From: Candidatus Caldarchaeum subterraneum
Lineage (GTDB): Archaea > Thermoproteota > Nitrososphaeria_A > Caldarchaeales > Caldarchaeaceae
Reading direction: 5' to 3'
DNA: 24,000 bases
NCBI GenBank assembly: GCA_000270325.1
Contig: BA000048.1
Coordinates: forward strand, 678,800-702,799
Shown here: piece after piece, positions 23,075-24,000 of the stretch
Layout of the letters: each line of letters starts with the position of its first letter
How positions within the stretch are numbered: the stretch's first letter is position 1
The notes under the pieces: generated by a model
Seen by the model: only the letters and a program-made list of their open reading frames with translations
Told to the model about the DNA's origin: nothing
Databases searched by the model: none
Program-made: the position numbers and the translations under genes

Positions 23075-24000
23075 GGCTCGGAGCAATCACTCCGATAGAT
23101 GGACGCTACAGAGAAAAGCTCGAGGAGTGCAGTAGGTTCTTCAGCGAATACGCGCTCATCCGCTACAGGCTGGTTGTAGAAGCATGCTATCTTAGAGCGT
23201 TTCTTGCAGCGATTGGCAAGGGCTCCGAGGCCCATGCAGTTGAAGGCCTCGAGAAAGAGTTGTGGGAGCTTCCTATGGAGGAGGCTGTTGAGGTGAAGAA
23301 CATCGAGCGGCGAGTGGGGCATGACGTTGTCGCGGTAACCTTGTTTCTCGAGAAGAAGCTGGAGGAAAGAGGCCATGCGGCTCTAAAGCCCTTCATCCAC
23401 TTCGGCCTCACAAGCGAGGACATAAACAACATCGCCTATGGCATGGCCCTCCGCGACTTCATCCAAACCAGCCTCACACCCGTCCTCGCAAACCTTGTTA
23501 AAGAAATCACCTCACTCGCAGAAACACACGCATCCACACCCTACCTCGCACGGACACACGGACAACCCGCCGTGCCCACAACATTCGGAAGCTACCTCGC
23601 CAACTACGGATACAGGCTCGCCAAGCTAACAGCCAAGCTCAAAAACCTCAGACCACAGGCCAAGCTTGGAGGAGCAGTCGGAGACCTCTCAGCCCATAAA
23701 ACAGCCTATCCACAGGTGGACTGGGTTAGCTTCGCCGAGAAATTTGTCGAGCAAATGGGTCTCGAGTACATGCCTGCTGCGACGCAGGTGGCCCCTCATG
23801 AGAGGTTTTCCGAGATACTGCAGACGGTCGCGGCCATCGCATCGGTTGCGGCCAACTTGTGCAGAGATTTCTGGCTATTCGGGGCCCTTGGGCTTGTGGA
23901 GTTCGGCAAACCATCTGAACATCGTCATTCATCAACTATGCCGCAGAAACATAACCCGCTGCTCTTCGAGAACGCGGAGGGCTGTTTCGACCTCGCCGCA
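23071..24000 (+). CDS. purB: Adenylosuccinate lyase (3' end off-window; start codon uncertain)
   Basis: Frame 1 is open from 23044 to the window end. Motifs: ITPIDGRY, HFGLTSEDINN, TFGSYLANY and SSTMPQKHNP. There is no ATG/GTG/TTG before the conserved N-terminus, so 23071 (an ATA overlapping the purA TAA) is a guess. It is absent from the ORF track because it has no in-window stop. Confidence 0.9.
   Translation, partial: MRLGAITPIDGRYREKLEECSRFFSEYALIRYRLVVEACYLRAFLAAIGKGSEAHAVEGLEKELWELPMEEAVEVKNIERRVGHDVVAVTLFLEKKLEERGHAALKPFIHFGLTSEDINNIAYGMALRDFIQTSLTPVLANLVKEITSLAETHASTPYLARTHGQPAVPTTFGSYLANYGYRLAKLTAKLKNLRPQAKLGGAVGDLSAHKTAYPQVDWVSFAEKFVEQMGLEYMPAATQVAPHERFSEILQTVAAIASVAANLCRDFWLFGALGLVEFGKPSEHRHSSTMPQKHNPLLFENAEGCFDLAA

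Overview
This is an archaeal chromosomal window. The evidence is an Orc1/Cdc6 gene beside an ORB-type replication origin, an A-type ATPase proteolipid, TATA-box promoters and tightly coupled operons. All calls come from reading the sequence and ORF translations by eye; no searches were run. The window splits into three blocks.

(1) Bases 1-10740 are a dense copper-protein island. It holds two cupredoxins, SCO1/SenC, a two-domain multicopper oxidase with HCH motifs in both domains, a Tat-signal NosL-thioredoxin fusion, and a DUF411/CopG-like protein. It also holds a PepSY protein and a membrane protein with Met-rich tracts, two membrane-tethered winged-helix regulators, an HTH_10 regulator and an ABC-2 exporter. 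No P-type ATPase is present.

(2) Bases 11063-16177 are a compositionally mosaic accessory island wedged between the ATPase c-subunit gene and the origin. It contains a 288-aa protein whose layout distantly resembles IS110-type recombinases, butted against a 5'-truncated PCNA-like gene. A second, diverged PCNA-like remnant lies in inverted orientation, with a small HExxH metallopeptidase gene between the two. The island also carries an unclassified GC-rich structured RNA region of about 720 nt, directly upstream of an HTH-LAGLIDADG endonuclease ORF.

(3) Bases 16178-24000 are core genes: a Zn-ribbon protein, oriC with an inverted ORB pair, orc1/cdc6, endonuclease V, a SAM methyltransferase, a nucleotidyltransferase, and guaB-purA-purB.

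The best candidate for something undescribed is the structured RNA at about 14216-14938. It carries four full copies of a conserved 17-nt module (plus one partial), three of them closed by unrelated, compensating stems, and it is coupled to the LAGLIDADG gene. The second candidate is the IS110-like gene with its hairpin-rich non-coding flank. The third is the Met-rich membrane regulator/PepSY/DUF411 copper module.
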